Shown here piece after piece: positions 38,183 through 49,800 of a DNA stretch of 64,000 bases. A program made the position numbers and the translations under genes. The notes beneath the pieces are model-generated. The model saw nothing but the letters and a program-made list of their open reading frames with translations, was not told where the DNA came from and ran no database searches. Positions within the stretch are counted from its first letter, which is position 1; each line of letters begins with the position of its first letter. The stretch comes from Endomicrobiales bacterium (GTDB taxonomy: Bacteria; Elusimicrobiota; Endomicrobiia; Endomicrobiales; JALOBY01): the NCBI GenBank assembly GCA_963796955.1, contig CAWCNJ010000006.1:64001-128000 (forward strand). The letters run 5' to 3'.

Positions 38183-39787
38183 ATGATATCCACTGAAAAC
38201 ATCACGCTGCAATACGGTAAACGCATCCTTTTTGAAGATGTAAGCATCAAGTTCGCTCCCGGTAACTGTTACGGGTTGATCGGCGCCAACGGCTCGGGCA
38301 AGTCCACCTTCATGAAGATACTTTCCGGCGAGATAGAGTCCACCCATGGGCACGTACATATTACGCCGGGCGAACGCCTGGCCATGCTGAAACAGAACCA
38401 TTTCGAGTTCGATGAGATACCCGTGCTGCAAACCGTGATCATGGGCCATAAGAGGCTTTTTGAGATCACGCAGGAACGCGACGCGCTGTATGCCAAGCCG
38501 GATTTTAGCGATGCCGACGGCGTGCGCGTCTCAACGCTGGAAGAAGAATTCACGCACATGAACGGTTATGAAGCTGATTCCGAGGCGGCGAAACTGTTAA
38601 GCGGTCTTGGCATACCCGACAGTATGCATGAGATGAAAATGAAAGAGCTGGACGGCAGCCAGAAGGTGCGCGTGCTGCTGGCGCAGGCGCTGTTCGGCAA
38701 CCCCGACATACTGCTGCTGGACGAACCGACGAACAACCTGGACGTTGAGACGGTAGAGTGGCTTGAGGACTTTTTGTATGATTTTAAGAACACCGTCATA
38801 GTAGTCTCGCATGACCGCCACTTCCTGGATAAAGTTTGCACGCATATCGCCGACATAGATTTCGGCAAGATAACGCTGTTTACCGGCAACTTCAGCTTCT
38901 GGAAAGAGGCGAGCCAGCTGGTGCTGAACCAGAAAAAAGATTATAACCGCAAGATGGAAGCGAAAGTTGATGAGCTGAAAGAATTCATTGCGCGGTTTTC
39001 CGCGAACCTTTCGAAATCGCGGCAGGCGACCTCACGTCGGAACCTGCTGGAGAAGATCACCCTTGAAGATATCAAGCCTTCCAGCCGCAAGTACCCTTTT
39101 GTCGGTTTCAAACCGGACCGCGAAGCGGGCGACCAGATCCTTTCGGTAACCGATCTTTCTAAAAAAGAATTGTTCAGCAACCTGTCATTTACCGTCAACA
39201 AAGGAGACAAGATAGCCCTGGTGGGCCGCAACCGCCTTGCCATCACGGCGCTGATGCAGCTGCTGGCCTGTGAAGAACAGGCGGATTCGGGTGAGATCAA
39301 GTGGGGCAGTACCATAACCAAATCCTATTTCCCTAAGGATAACACGAAATATTTTGAATCGAACGACAACCTGGTGGACTGGCTGCGGCAATATTCAAAA
39401 GAAAAAGATGAAGGTTTCATTCGAGGTTATCTGGGCCGAATGCTGTTTTCCGGCGAGGAAACGCAGAAAAAGTGCAATGTGCTTTCCGGCGGCGAGAAAG
39501 TGCGCTGTATGCTTTCCCGCATGATGCTGAGCGGAGCCAATTTTCTTATTTTCGACGAGCCGACGAACCACCTGGACCTTGAATCCATTACCGCCCTTAA
39601 CGACGGCGTCGCCGAATTCAAAGGGACGGCACTATTCTCCTCGCACGACCATCAATTCGTTCAGACCATTGCCAACCGTATCATAGAGATCGGGCCCGAC
39701 GGTATGCTGGACAAGAACGTTACCTACGACGAATTTTTACACGACGAACGCACCAAACAGCAGCGTGCCCAACTATATGGCGAGTAA
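38183..39787 (+). CDS. ABC-F family ATPase (YbiT/YkpA-like)
   Basis: Two ABC domains, no TM: GANGSGKST, LLDEPTNNLD, LSGGEK, FDEPTNHLD. Confidence 0.93.
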   Translation: MISTENITLQYGKRILFEDVSIKFAPGNCYGLIGANGSGKSTFMKILSGEIESTHGHVHITPGERLAMLKQNHFEFDEIPVLQTVIMGHKRLFEITQERDALYAKPDFSDADGVRVSTLEEEFTHMNGYEADSEAAKLLSGLGIPDSMHEMKMKELDGSQKVRVLLAQALFGNPDILLLDEPTNNLDVETVEWLEDFLYDFKNTVIVVSHDRHFLDKVCTHIADIDFGKITLFTGNFSFWKEASQLVLNQKKDYNRKMEAKVDELKEFIARFSANLSKSRQATSRRNLLEKITLEDIKPSSRKYPFVGFKPDREAGDQILSVTDLSKKELFSNLSFTVNKGDKIALVGRNRLAITALMQLLACEEQADSGEIKWGSTITKSYFPKDNTKYFESNDNLVDWLRQYSKEKDEGFIRGYLGRMLFSGEETQKKCNVLSGGEKVRCMLSRMMLSGANFLIFDEPTNHLDLESITALNDGVAEFKGTALFSSHDHQFVQTIANRIIEIGPDGMLDKNVTYDEFLHDERTKQQRAQLYGE

Positions 39788-39802
39788 TAGGAGGCAGCGA
39801 AG

Positions 39803-40174
39803 ATGCCGAAAGTTATTCTTGTGGCCGATGACGACGAAAATATCCGTACTTCAATAAAGGATATTTTGGAGCTGGAAGGTTACACCGTCTATGAGGCTGA
39901 TAACGGAATTAAAACGCTGGCTCTCTACGAGCAGGTGAACCCCGACCTGATGGTGCTGGATATCATGATGCCGGAAATGGACGGTGCTTCCCTTTCGTTT
40001 GAGTTGAACAGCAGGTTTTCCGCCAAGAAAGTACCGATCATTTTTATTTCGGGCATGGTCGCCAAGGATGTTAAAAAAGCGGATTCCTGGCCGGCAAACA
40101 CGGTGTATCTGCCGAAGCCGTTCGCGGTCCACGAACTTTTGGCGCTGGTGAAAAAAAGTCTGGGCGAAAATTAA
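39803..40174 (+). CDS. Single-domain response regulator (receiver)
   Basis: ILVADDD, LDIMMPEMDG, IFISG, KPF. Confidence 0.92.
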   Translation: MPKVILVADDDENIRTSIKDILELEGYTVYEADNGIKTLALYEQVNPDLMVLDIMMPEMDGASLSFELNSRFSAKKVPIIFISGMVAKDVKKADSWPANTVYLPKPFAVHELLALVKKSLGEN

Positions 40175-40392
40175 TTTTAATTTTCCGTCGGGGAAATGGA
40201 AGATCGAAAAATAGTATTCTAATTACGCTAAAAAACTCTTGAATTCTATTTACGTTTGTGTCATACTAATGACAGATGAAAACACGATGCTTCGTCTACG
40301 AAATCGATCTTATTTAAAATCACGCTGCGAAAGCAGGCCGTGATTTTTTTTGTTTCATGCCGTTCATCTTAACAAAAAGGGGTGATACAGAA

Positions 40393-40458
40393 ATGGCAGC
40401 CAAGAAAAAAGTAGCCAAGAAAGCCGTAAAGAAAGTAGCAAAAAAGAAAAAGAAATAA
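40393..40458 (+). CDS. 21-aa Lys/Ala-rich basic peptide MAAKKKVAKKAVKKVAKKKKK (histone H1-like composition)
   Basis: RBS AAGGGGTGA before ATG; clean TAA stop; below ORF-track length cutoff. Confidence 0.7.
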   Translation: MAAKKKVAKKAVKKVAKKKKK

Positions 40459-40653
40459 CTTTTTCTGTTCCATGGGGGCGTTTCTATAGCCTGATGCAGC
40501 ATTATAATTTTTCCGCTGCATGCCGATCGCCGTTAGACTTTTCAGGCGAATAGAAATGCCCCTCTAGTCATTGCCGCGCTAAATATGCTATAATCTTGCA
40601 ACCTTCACCCAGTAAGTACGGGTGGGGGATTATTTATTTTATAGGAGCAACCA

Positions 40654-42459
40654 TTGAAGACCATGCAAAAGAACGAAAAGATCCGTAACATCGCCGTTAT
40701 AGCCCACGTTGACCACGGCAAAACCACCCTGGTGGATTTTATGCTTCGCCAGAGCGGTACATTTCGCGAAAATCAGGATGTTAACGACCGCGTAATGGAC
40801 AATATGGATCTGGAAAAAGAGCGAGGTATCACTATTGCCGCGAAGAACTGCGCGATCTGGCATAAGGGCGTTCGCATAAATATCCTTGATACACCGGGCC
40901 ATGCCGATTTCGGCGGAGAAGTTGAACGCAGCCTTAAAATGGTTGATGGTGTTATCCTGCTTGTTGATTCTTCCGAGGGCCCGTTGCCTCAGACGCGTTT
41001 TGTGCTGCGCAAGGCGCTGGAAGGCGGCTTGAAAGTTATAGTTGTCGTCAATAAAATAGACCGCAAAGATGCCCGCCCCAAAGAAGTGCTGGATGAAGTT
41101 TATTCTTTGTTCATGGACCTGGACGCCAAAGACGATCAGATAGAATTCCCGATCCTTTACGCTATAGGAAGGGAAGGCATCGCGCAGAAGACTTTGGAAG
41201 AAAAAGGCGTTAACCTGCAGCCGTTGTTCGATTGTATCGTCGATGAAATTCCTGCCCCGACTTTTGACCCTGCCGAGCCCTTTCAGATGCTGGTTTGCGA
41301 CCTGGATTATTCGGATTATGTTGGCCGTCTTGCGATCGGACGCGTATTTAACGGCTCCATTAAAATGGGCCAGGACCTGGTTTGCGTCGGCGAAGACAAC
41401 CAGGTGGTGCCCTTGCGCGTAACAAAATTACAGGCTTACGACGGTGTAAGTATCCGGGAAGTAGAATCTGTCTCCGCCGGCGACATCACCATTATTGCCG
41501 GGATAGAAAATGTGCGCATAGGCGATACCGTTTGTACAAAAGAATCTCCAAAGCCGCTTAAGCGCATAAAAGTTGATGAACCGACATTGTCTATGATATT
41601 CACGATAAATTCTTCGCCGCTATCGGGCAAAGAAGGCAAATTTGTTCAGTCCAAAAAGATCGGCGAACGCCTGCAACGCGAAACCTTGCAGAACGTAGCC
41701 ATTGTTGTTGAGCCTATGGCTGACTCTGATAAGTTCATGGTCAAGGGCAGGGGCGAATTCCAGATGGAAATTCTGCTGGAGACCATGCGCCGGGAAGGTT
41801 TTGAACTGAGCGTAGGCCGCCCGAAAGTGATTTTCAAACAGATAAACGGCGCCAACTGCGAACCTATTGAACATCTGTTCGTTGACTGCGATGAAACTTT
41901 CATAGGTGTAATAACCGAGAAGCTTTCTCGTCGGAAAGGCCGCATGACGAACCTTATAAACCACGGCACCGGCCGCGTACGCATGGAGTTTTCCATACCC
42001 AGCCGTGGCTTGATCGGTTATCGCAGCGAGTTTCTCACCGATACACGCGGCACCGGCATAATGAATTCATATTTAAGCGGCTATGAAGAATTCCGCGGCG
42101 AATTCATTACCCGCCAGAACGGCTCGCTGGTCTCAGACCGCGCGGGTAATGGCGTCGCCTATGCGATATTCAACTTGGAGCCCAGAGGCATAATGTTCGT
42201 GGTGCCCGGTGACCCTGTTTATGAAGGCATGATAGTGGGCGAGCACAACCGCGAGAACAACCTGAACGTTAACCCCACAAAAGAAAAGAAACTCACCAAC
42301 ATGCGAGCGGCGGGAAGCGATGATAATGTGCTGCTTACCCCGGTACAGCCGATGTCCCTTGAACGCGCTATAATGTTCATAAAAGATGACGAGATGGTAG
42401 AGATCACTCCCAAATCCATCCGCCTGCGCAAAATGAAGCTTTCGATACATGATCGGTAA
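40654..42459 (+). CDS. typA: Translational GTPase TypA/BipA
   Basis: [42 protein letters not shown]. Confidence 0.97.
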   Translation: MKTMQKNEKIRNIAVIAHVDHGKTTLVDFMLRQSGTFRENQDVNDRVMDNMDLEKERGITIAAKNCAIWHKGVRINILDTPGHADFGGEVERSLKMVDGVILLVDSSEGPLPQTRFVLRKALEGGLKVIVVVNKIDRKDARPKEVLDEVYSLFMDLDAKDDQIEFPILYAIGREGIAQKTLEEKGVNLQPLFDCIVDEIPAPTFDPAEPFQMLVCDLDYSDYVGRLAIGRVFNGSIKMGQDLVCVGEDNQVVPLRVTKLQAYDGVSIREVESVSAGDITIIAGIENVRIGDTVCTKESPKPLKRIKVDEPTLSMIFTINSSPLSGKEGKFVQSKKIGERLQRETLQNVAIVVEPMADSDKFMVKGRGEFQMEILLETMRREGFELSVGRPKVIFKQINGANCEPIEHLFVDCDETFIGVITEKLSRRKGRMTNLINHGTGRVRMEFSIPSRGLIGYRSEFLTDTRGTGIMNSYLSGYEEFRGEFITRQNGSLVSDRAGNGVAYAIFNLEPRGIMFVVPGDPVYEGMIVGEHNRENNLNVNPTKEKKLTNMRAAGSDDNVLLTPVQPMSLERAIMFIKDDEMVEITPKSIRLRKMKLSIHDR

Positions 42460-42487
42460 GGGAAATAACATTGTATGTAATATGGAG

Positions 42488-42516
42488 TTGACAACATCCA
42501 AATATACATGTAAAAT
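42488..42516 (+). promoter_or_regulatory. Sigma70 promoter of AAA gene, probably leaderless
   Basis: TTGACA-17 bp-TAAAAT, ATG 6 nt later. Confidence 0.75.
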
Positions 42517-42522
42517 GGAAGT

Positions 42523-43662
42523 ATGTATTCCAGAATAATTAAACCACCGACGGATAAAAGCTTCTTTTTGTTCGGGCCGAGAGGCACGGGTAAGACAACG
42601 TGGGTAAAGTCTTGCTTCCCTGATGCGTTGTACATTGACCTTCTTGAGGCCGAAATGTATAACGATCTTCTGGCAAACCCGCAACGGCTTGAAAACTTTA
42701 TTCCCAAAGAGTCTAAGAATTGGGTGATAATTGATGAAATACAGCGCGTGCCGGAATTGCTAAATGAAGTACACCGGCTGATCGAAAAATACAAGTACAA
42801 ATTTATACTAACCGGATCGAGCGCACGCAAACTGAGAAAAAAAGGAAATAATCTGTTGGGAGGGCGCGCTCTCTCGTACTCAATGTATCCATTGGCTGCC
42901 GTCGAACTTGGAAAAGATTTTGTTTTGGCAAGCTCGCTGAAATATGGGTTCTTACCAAGCGTCTATCTTGAAAAAGAACCGAAGGCGTATCTTGAAAGTT
43001 ATGTGAAGACGTATTTGGATGAGGAAATACGCCACGAAGGGTTGACTAGAAATTTAGGCGCATTCGCAAGATTTTTAGAAGCCGCCAGCTTTTCACAGGG
43101 ATCAATATTAAGCGTATCCGCTATCGCTCGGGAGTGTGCGGTAGAAAGAAAAGTTGTTGAAAACTATTTTTCCATCCTTGAAGACCTTCTTATCGCCTAC
43201 AAATTGCCTGTTTTTACCAAAAAAGCCAAAAGGCGTATGGTTTCTCATCCAAAATTCTATTTTTTCGACGTAGGTGTATACAGGACACTACGGCCCATGG
43301 GACCATTAGACAGGCCGGAAGAAGTTGAAGGCATTGCACTTGAGACAGTACTGTACCAGCAATTGATCGCGGTTAACGAATCTCTGCGATTGGGCTATTC
43401 AATTTACTACTGGCGGACGGCCAACAACATGGAAGTCGATTTTGTTTTGTATGGCGAAAAGGGAATAATGGCGTTTGAGATCAAAAGAACCGGTAAAGTT
43501 TCGGGCTCAATGCTTTCAGGTTTAAAAGCATTTTTGAAAGACTATCCGATGGCAAAAGCATATTTTGTATATGGCGGAGATAGGTACATGAGGGATGGCA
43601 ATATAGAAATAGTGCCGGTTAACGATATGATAAAAAAGCTGCCATCTGTCCTGCAGCAATAA
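42523..43662 (+). CDS. AAA_14 ATPase with DUF4143 domain and PD-(D/E)xK-like tail
   Basis: GPRGTGKTT, IDEIQ, LTGSSA, PKFYFFDVG, YWRT...EVDFV, FEIK. Confidence 0.9.
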   Translation: MYSRIIKPPTDKSFFLFGPRGTGKTTWVKSCFPDALYIDLLEAEMYNDLLANPQRLENFIPKESKNWVIIDEIQRVPELLNEVHRLIEKYKYKFILTGSSARKLRKKGNNLLGGRALSYSMYPLAAVELGKDFVLASSLKYGFLPSVYLEKEPKAYLESYVKTYLDEEIRHEGLTRNLGAFARFLEAASFSQGSILSVSAIARECAVERKVVENYFSILEDLLIAYKLPVFTKKAKRRMVSHPKFYFFDVGVYRTLRPMGPLDRPEEVEGIALETVLYQQLIAVNESLRLGYSIYYWRTANNMEVDFVLYGEKGIMAFEIKRTGKVSGSMLSGLKAFLKDYPMAKAYFVYGGDRYMRDGNIEIVPVNDMIKKLPSVLQQ

Positions 43663-43721
43663 GCTGCGCAAAATGAAGCTTTCCATACACGACCGGTAGG
43701 CTTGAAAGGATTTTCCAGAAT

Positions 43722-43778
43722 AAAAACAAAAAAACACACACTTGGAATAATTGGTGTGTGTTTTTTGTTGCTTTTTTA
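43722..43778 (+). terminator. Terminator-like hairpin, probably the original typA terminator
   Basis: AAAAAACACACAC...GTGTGTGTTTTTT with A/T flanks. Confidence 0.65.
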
Positions 43779-43879
43779 TTGAAAATTCAGTAAGATTTTG
43801 TGTTGCCAGCCTGAAAATACTGCAAAACGCATAAAAGAATTGATATTTATAGTATTTAACATATAATTTATAGTGACGA

Positions 43880-46800
43880 ATGAGCGTAACATTGCTCCGA
43901 TTCACGTTTTTTTTATTTTGCATGGGACCTGCAATGCTCGGCCGCTCGATCTCGCGAATCGTACCATTCAAAAGCGCCATGGCCGCGATTATTTTTGCGG
44001 TTATCGCGCTGTTGTTTTTTTCAATAGTTTCCAACGCGGCCCCAAACGCTCCCAGTAACCTGACGCAGTGCAGTTCCACCGGCCTTAGCCTTTCGTCGTT
44101 TACCTGGACCAATTCCACGCTTATCACCTCATCCTTCACGCTGACAACTGCGAGCGTTCACTATCGTATTCAGGTATCAACGGTCACTGATGCAAACGGG
44201 GCGGCTGTTTGGAATAAAGGCTTATTCGTGGATGCTACCTCGGCGGCGTTGCTGCCTGCGGGCACTACCTGGTACGCCTGGACACCGGCCATTCCAGCTT
44301 TCTATTGGTGGCGTGTCTCCTGTTTCGACGGTTCGAATGTGTATTCCTCAACAACTTCGGTTTTGCAAAGCGGTGGCCCGGCGGTGGTTGCCTGGAATAC
44401 GCCCTTCGACCCGAAGTACCGGGAACCCATGCCGGGTGACGGTATCGGCGGCGGCGGCTCCAGTCTTGCCTGGGGCGACTTCGACGGCGACGGGTATCAG
44501 GATCTTGCCATACTTGGCAACAGCAATAGCAGCGGTGACATAACCAAAGTGTTTCCCGGCAAGAGCGACGGTACATTCAACGCGGCGGTAACCTTGCCTT
44601 CGGGGCAAACGTTCAGCTCTGGCGGTGTGGCCTGGGGAGATTTTAACAACGACGGTTTGCTTGACCTGGCCATTGCCGGCAAGAATAGTACTACGGGTAA
44701 TGGCTCAGTGCGCGTGTACCGAAATACCGGAGGCGCCTTCAGCGCCACATTTGTGTCGCCGGAAACCGTGGGATACAGCTTCTCCAATCTGGCCTGGGGC
44801 GACTATGACAATGACGGCTGCCTCAACCTGGTCGTAGCGGGGTGGACCGATAGCTATGCAATCGTGTCGCGGGTATATCACAATAATGGCAATGCCGGGT
44901 TCACCGTCGCCTACAATAATAACTTTGGAGTCGCCTCTACTGATGTCGGTTCTTGTGCCCCCTCGCTTCAGTGGCTGGATGTTGAAAATGATGGCGATCT
45001 GGATCTCGCGATGGCCGGCAACGCGGGCGGCACCTACAGTATGTCAATATACCGCAACCAGAACAGTACCTTTGCGTTCGGCTCGGCCCCGGTCTTCGAA
45101 TACGACCCTGTCTCCGCCGCCGCCTGGGGCGATTTTAACAACGACGGTTTTATGGATTTCGCGGGCGTTGACTCTAATTCCCGGGTAGCTGTTTTCCTCA
45201 ACACCGGTAATTTCACCTTCAATACCGTGTCTCCCATTGTACTGACATCCACTATCAACAATTTCACGAACGTCGCCGCGGGTGACGTTGATAATGACGG
45301 CCTCTCGGACGTATTTGTCGCCGGCAGCACCGGCACGGCATTGTATTACAATCGTAATGGAAGTTTTGTAAATCAACCCACCTTTCCATTCTGGCCGCTG
45401 TATGGTGACGAAAGTATTGCCCTTGCCGATTATAACGCCGATGGCGCCCTGGATGCCGCCTTTGCCGGCGGCGATCTTTTCAGTGCCGACTACCTCAGGG
45501 TTTTTAACGGCAAGCAGGCGAATGCCGCGCCGGTGCCGCCAACTATTTCCACGGTGACATTTAGCTATAGCGCTACCCGAAGCACATTTACCGTTGCCTG
45601 GGCCCCGGGATATTACGACGTAGGCCATTCTTCCAACTCGGTTTATTACAATGTGGAAGTCGCCACATACCCTACTACGCTGCAATCGGATAATAAACGT
45701 GTCGTAAATTCAAACAAGTTCGTGGAGTCCTGGGATTTCGGCAGCCCGAACCTTGGCAGTTACATCCGTCCCGCGGTTTCCACCAACTGGGCCGGTGTTA
45801 AAGGTACCCAGATGGTTGGTTATACGATCGCACCTTCAACAAGTAATTATCTGCTGAACGCCACAACATTCTATTTCCGCGTGCAAACCATCGATTCAGG
45901 CCTAATGCGCAGCGTCTGGTCGTCGGAATATGCCTGCATCGCCAGTTCCTATGTCGTTTTTACTAATCATGCTCCTGACGCACCCGCGAACCTCGTCCAA
46001 CTGGACGGCTCGTTTGTTTCACTCTCGTCTTTCAGCTGGACGAATTCCGGTACGATAATATCATCGTTTACGCTTACCGACCAGGATGCCGGCACTCAGG
46101 TGAAATACCATTTACAGATCACTACCGTCTCAGACTCCGGCCTTGCCACCTGGACCAGTGGTTACTTCCTGAATTATACGTCACCGTTGTTGAACCAGGG
46201 AACCACTACGTATACCTGGCCGGCATTAGCTGCGAATAAATTTTACTGGTGGCAGGTGTGGACGGAAGACGCAGGCGGTTTAGCTTCAACATCAACCTCA
46301 ACTTCACTGTTAAGCGGCGGCCCGGCGGCGCTGGCGTATAAAACGGTGTATGATCCGAACGCAATGGATGTGCTGCCCGGCTGGGGTGTTGGTTACACTA
46401 AAACGGAACTGGCCTGGGGCGATATGGATAACGACGGCTACGCGGACCTGGCCATTGCGGGCGATGGTGAATTCAGAGTATTCAAAAACAACAAAGACGG
46501 AACAATGGATCCCAACTCTATAGCGGTCGACCCTGCCTTGGGTGGCCTTAATACTGTTTCCGTTAAATGGGGGGATTTTAACAACGACGGTAAGCTGGAC
46601 CTGGTAGAAATGGGTGGTTGGTGGTATGGGACTGGATACAATTTACGTGTGTATTATAACAACGGCGCGGGCGGCTTTGATCCAAACTATGAAGAACCGG
46701 TACCCGATTGGGGGCTTGAAGGCGGCTGCGTGGCGCCGGGAGATTATGACAATGATGGAAATCTTGATATCGCTGTTATGGGATACGACGGATCGAACGC

Positions 46801-49800
46801 ATATTTTCAGGTATACCGTAACAACGGCGACGGTACTTTTGATCCCGATTACATAGAGCCTCAACCAGGCTGGGGCACCTATGCGGGAACACTTGCCTGG
46901 GGCGATTATAATAATGACGGAGACCTGGATATAGCGGTACATGGCACTGATAGCTATTTGCGCATATTTAAGAACAATGGCAATGGAAGTTTTGACCCCC
47001 ACCCAATAGAACTCGGTACCAGCGGTGATTGGGAGGCGCTTGCCTGGGGTGATTTTAATAATGACGGTAATCTTGACATATCTGGCCTGGATTCTTCCGA
47101 TTGGTTGTACTTATACACCAATAACGGCGATGGATCTTTTGATGACACGCGGGTAACTATAGACGGGGTAGCAGGTTCTAATAATAATACTTTGTGCGTT
47201 GGCGACTTCGACAATGATGGATACACAGACATAGCGGGATCTTATGGTGTGGGGAATTACCCTTATGTTGATAACAGGGCGTATATTTACCACAACAACA
47301 GCGGCGCAGGAACATTTGCAAAAAGCGAGATATTGCCCGGCTGGGGTGTTTCATTCGGCAGCCTTGCCTTTGCGGATTTTGACAACGACAACGACCTGGA
47401 TCTTGCGGTTTCCGGGCGGGAAAACAACTGCATAGATTATGCGACAGGTGGTTACAGAACATGTATCTACAAGAACAAAGAAGCCCAACTGGGCAACCCC
47501 AACACCCCGCCGACTGCGCCCACCGGCCTTACCGCGCTTTACGCCTACGACGTTAATACCTCAACGCTGACCCTGTGCTGGACGCCGGCGGCTTCTTACT
47601 ACAACATAGAGCTGAGCACATTCCCTACCACGCTTTCGGGCGGCAATTTACAGCTGGCCACCACCGGCCATTACGAAATGCCCTGGAACTTCGGCAGCCC
47701 CAACACCGGCAATTACACACGCCCGCCGTCAAAAACATGGCCCGGCTTGAGCGGCACTAAAGCAGGCCAGCTCTACACCGTGCCGGATTACGACATTGAA
47801 CCCGGCGCAACCTACTATTTCCGCGCACAGGCGATAAATGCCAGCCTGATAAAGGGCCAGTGGTCTTCTGAGTTCTCAATCTGCCCCCAGGGCGCTTTTT
47901 CGCCGAACCCGCCGACAGGCATAAGCCAGTACAAAGAAAACGGTGGTGCTGTTTACCTGAGCTCTTACAGTTGGGTACAGGGTTCCGATATCGTAGTGTC
48001 ATCTTTTACGCTCACATCGCCCAACGCCGGCATGCAGGTACGCTACCGTATACAAATAACGACAGTAACGCTGCCAAATACGGCCGCAGCCGACTGGGGC
48101 CATGGGATACTGGTAGACTACACCTCCGGGTTGTTAACGCAAGGAGCTACAAACTATCACTGGCAGTTGCCGGGCAGTGTTTCAAGCCTGTGCTGGTGGC
48201 GCATAAGCTGTATAGACCAAAACGGTTATAGCTCAGAGCCTGTTCCGGTATTAAATGATGGCGGTGCTGCGATGGTGGCATATAAAACCATTTTCGCGCC
48301 GAAGGCGCTTGACGTGATGCCCGGTTGGGGTGTCGTCTATTATAAAACAGGCCTGGCCTGGGGGGATATGAACAATGACGGCTGGCAGGATCTGGCTGCT
48401 ATAGGCAACAATAATTTTCTGTTGTTTAAAAACAAGAAAGATGGTACCTTTGACCCCATAACGGTTGATCCTGCCTGGTCCGGTGCGGCTACCTCGGCCG
48501 CACTTAAATGGGGGGATTTCAACAACGATGGTAATTTAGACCTTGTAGCGCTGGGCTATACCGGCGCAGGAAATCTGCGGGTGTACTACAACAACGGATC
48601 AGGCGGTTTTAGGTCCAGCTATCAGGAACCGATACCCGGTTGGGGGCTGTACAATGGTGATATAGCCCCCGGTGATTACAATAACGACGGCAACCTTGAC
48701 ATCGCGGTCATTGGAACAGACGGCTCGAACAACTATTTCCGCATATTCCGTAACAAAGGCGATGGGACATTCGATCCAAATCCGATAGAGCCTCAGCCTG
48801 GTTGGGGAACTTATGCGGGAGCGCTTGCCTGGGCCGATTATAACAATGATGGTGATCTTGATATAGCAGTAAAAGGTATAGATTCCGCTCTGCGTATATA
48901 CAAGAACAATGGTGATGGATCGTTTTACTCTCCGATGGATCTCAGTTCGGTGGCGTATGGTGACTGGAACGCAATGGCCTGGGATGATTACAATAACGAC
49001 GGTTACCTTGATCTATTCTGCCAGGATTATAACGGCCTGGATCTTTATCAAAATAAAGGTGATGGGACGTTCAATACGTCGGGTGTGAGTGTATATAACG
49101 GGGCATCAGCAAATACATTTGCGATGTGCATCGGAGATTTTGATAATGATGGATATGCCGATATTGCCGATCTCGGTTCTATCAACGCACATCTTTATCA
49201 TAATAACGGCGGTTCGGGAAGCTTTACCACAAGCCCGCTCAGGCCGGCCTGGGGAGTGCCAAACAACGTCAGCATTGCCTTTGCGGATTTTGATAATGAC
49301 AACGATCTTGATCTGGCGGTGTCCGGGCAAGACAGCACTTCCCAAAATTTATTCTGCATCTTTAGCAATGAAGAAGCCCAGATGGGCAACGCCAACACGG
49401 CGCCGGTGCCGCCTTCTGGCATACAATCGCAGACAGCCTACAACATAACAAAGTCGACGATGATCATAACCTGGCCGCCGGCCCAGTATGACATCGGCAA
49501 ATCTTCATGCACGCTTTCCTATCAGGTGGTTATCGCTACCTGTTCCATGACTCTGGCTGCGGATCAAAAATTAATAGCAGCACCAGGCTCGTTTATTACT
49601 ACATGGGCCGCTGAGGGGGATAGCTTTGGAAACTATAACCGGCCTCCTGTAAAGATATGGGGAACCGATTCAACGCCCAGGCAGGGGTTTGGGTTATGCC
49701 TCAGTACGGCTTCTATTAAAGCTGACACCACTTATTATTACCGGGTGCAAACCATTGACTCCTGTCTTGCCCGCAGTACCTGGTCGGTGGAAGGCATGGT

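Larger units (their letters stand above)
42424..43699 (+). mobile_element. One-gene cassette bounded by a 36-bp duplication of the typA 3' end
   Basis: 42424-42459 vs 43664-43699, 32/36 identical, all four differences synonymous. Confidence 0.7.
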
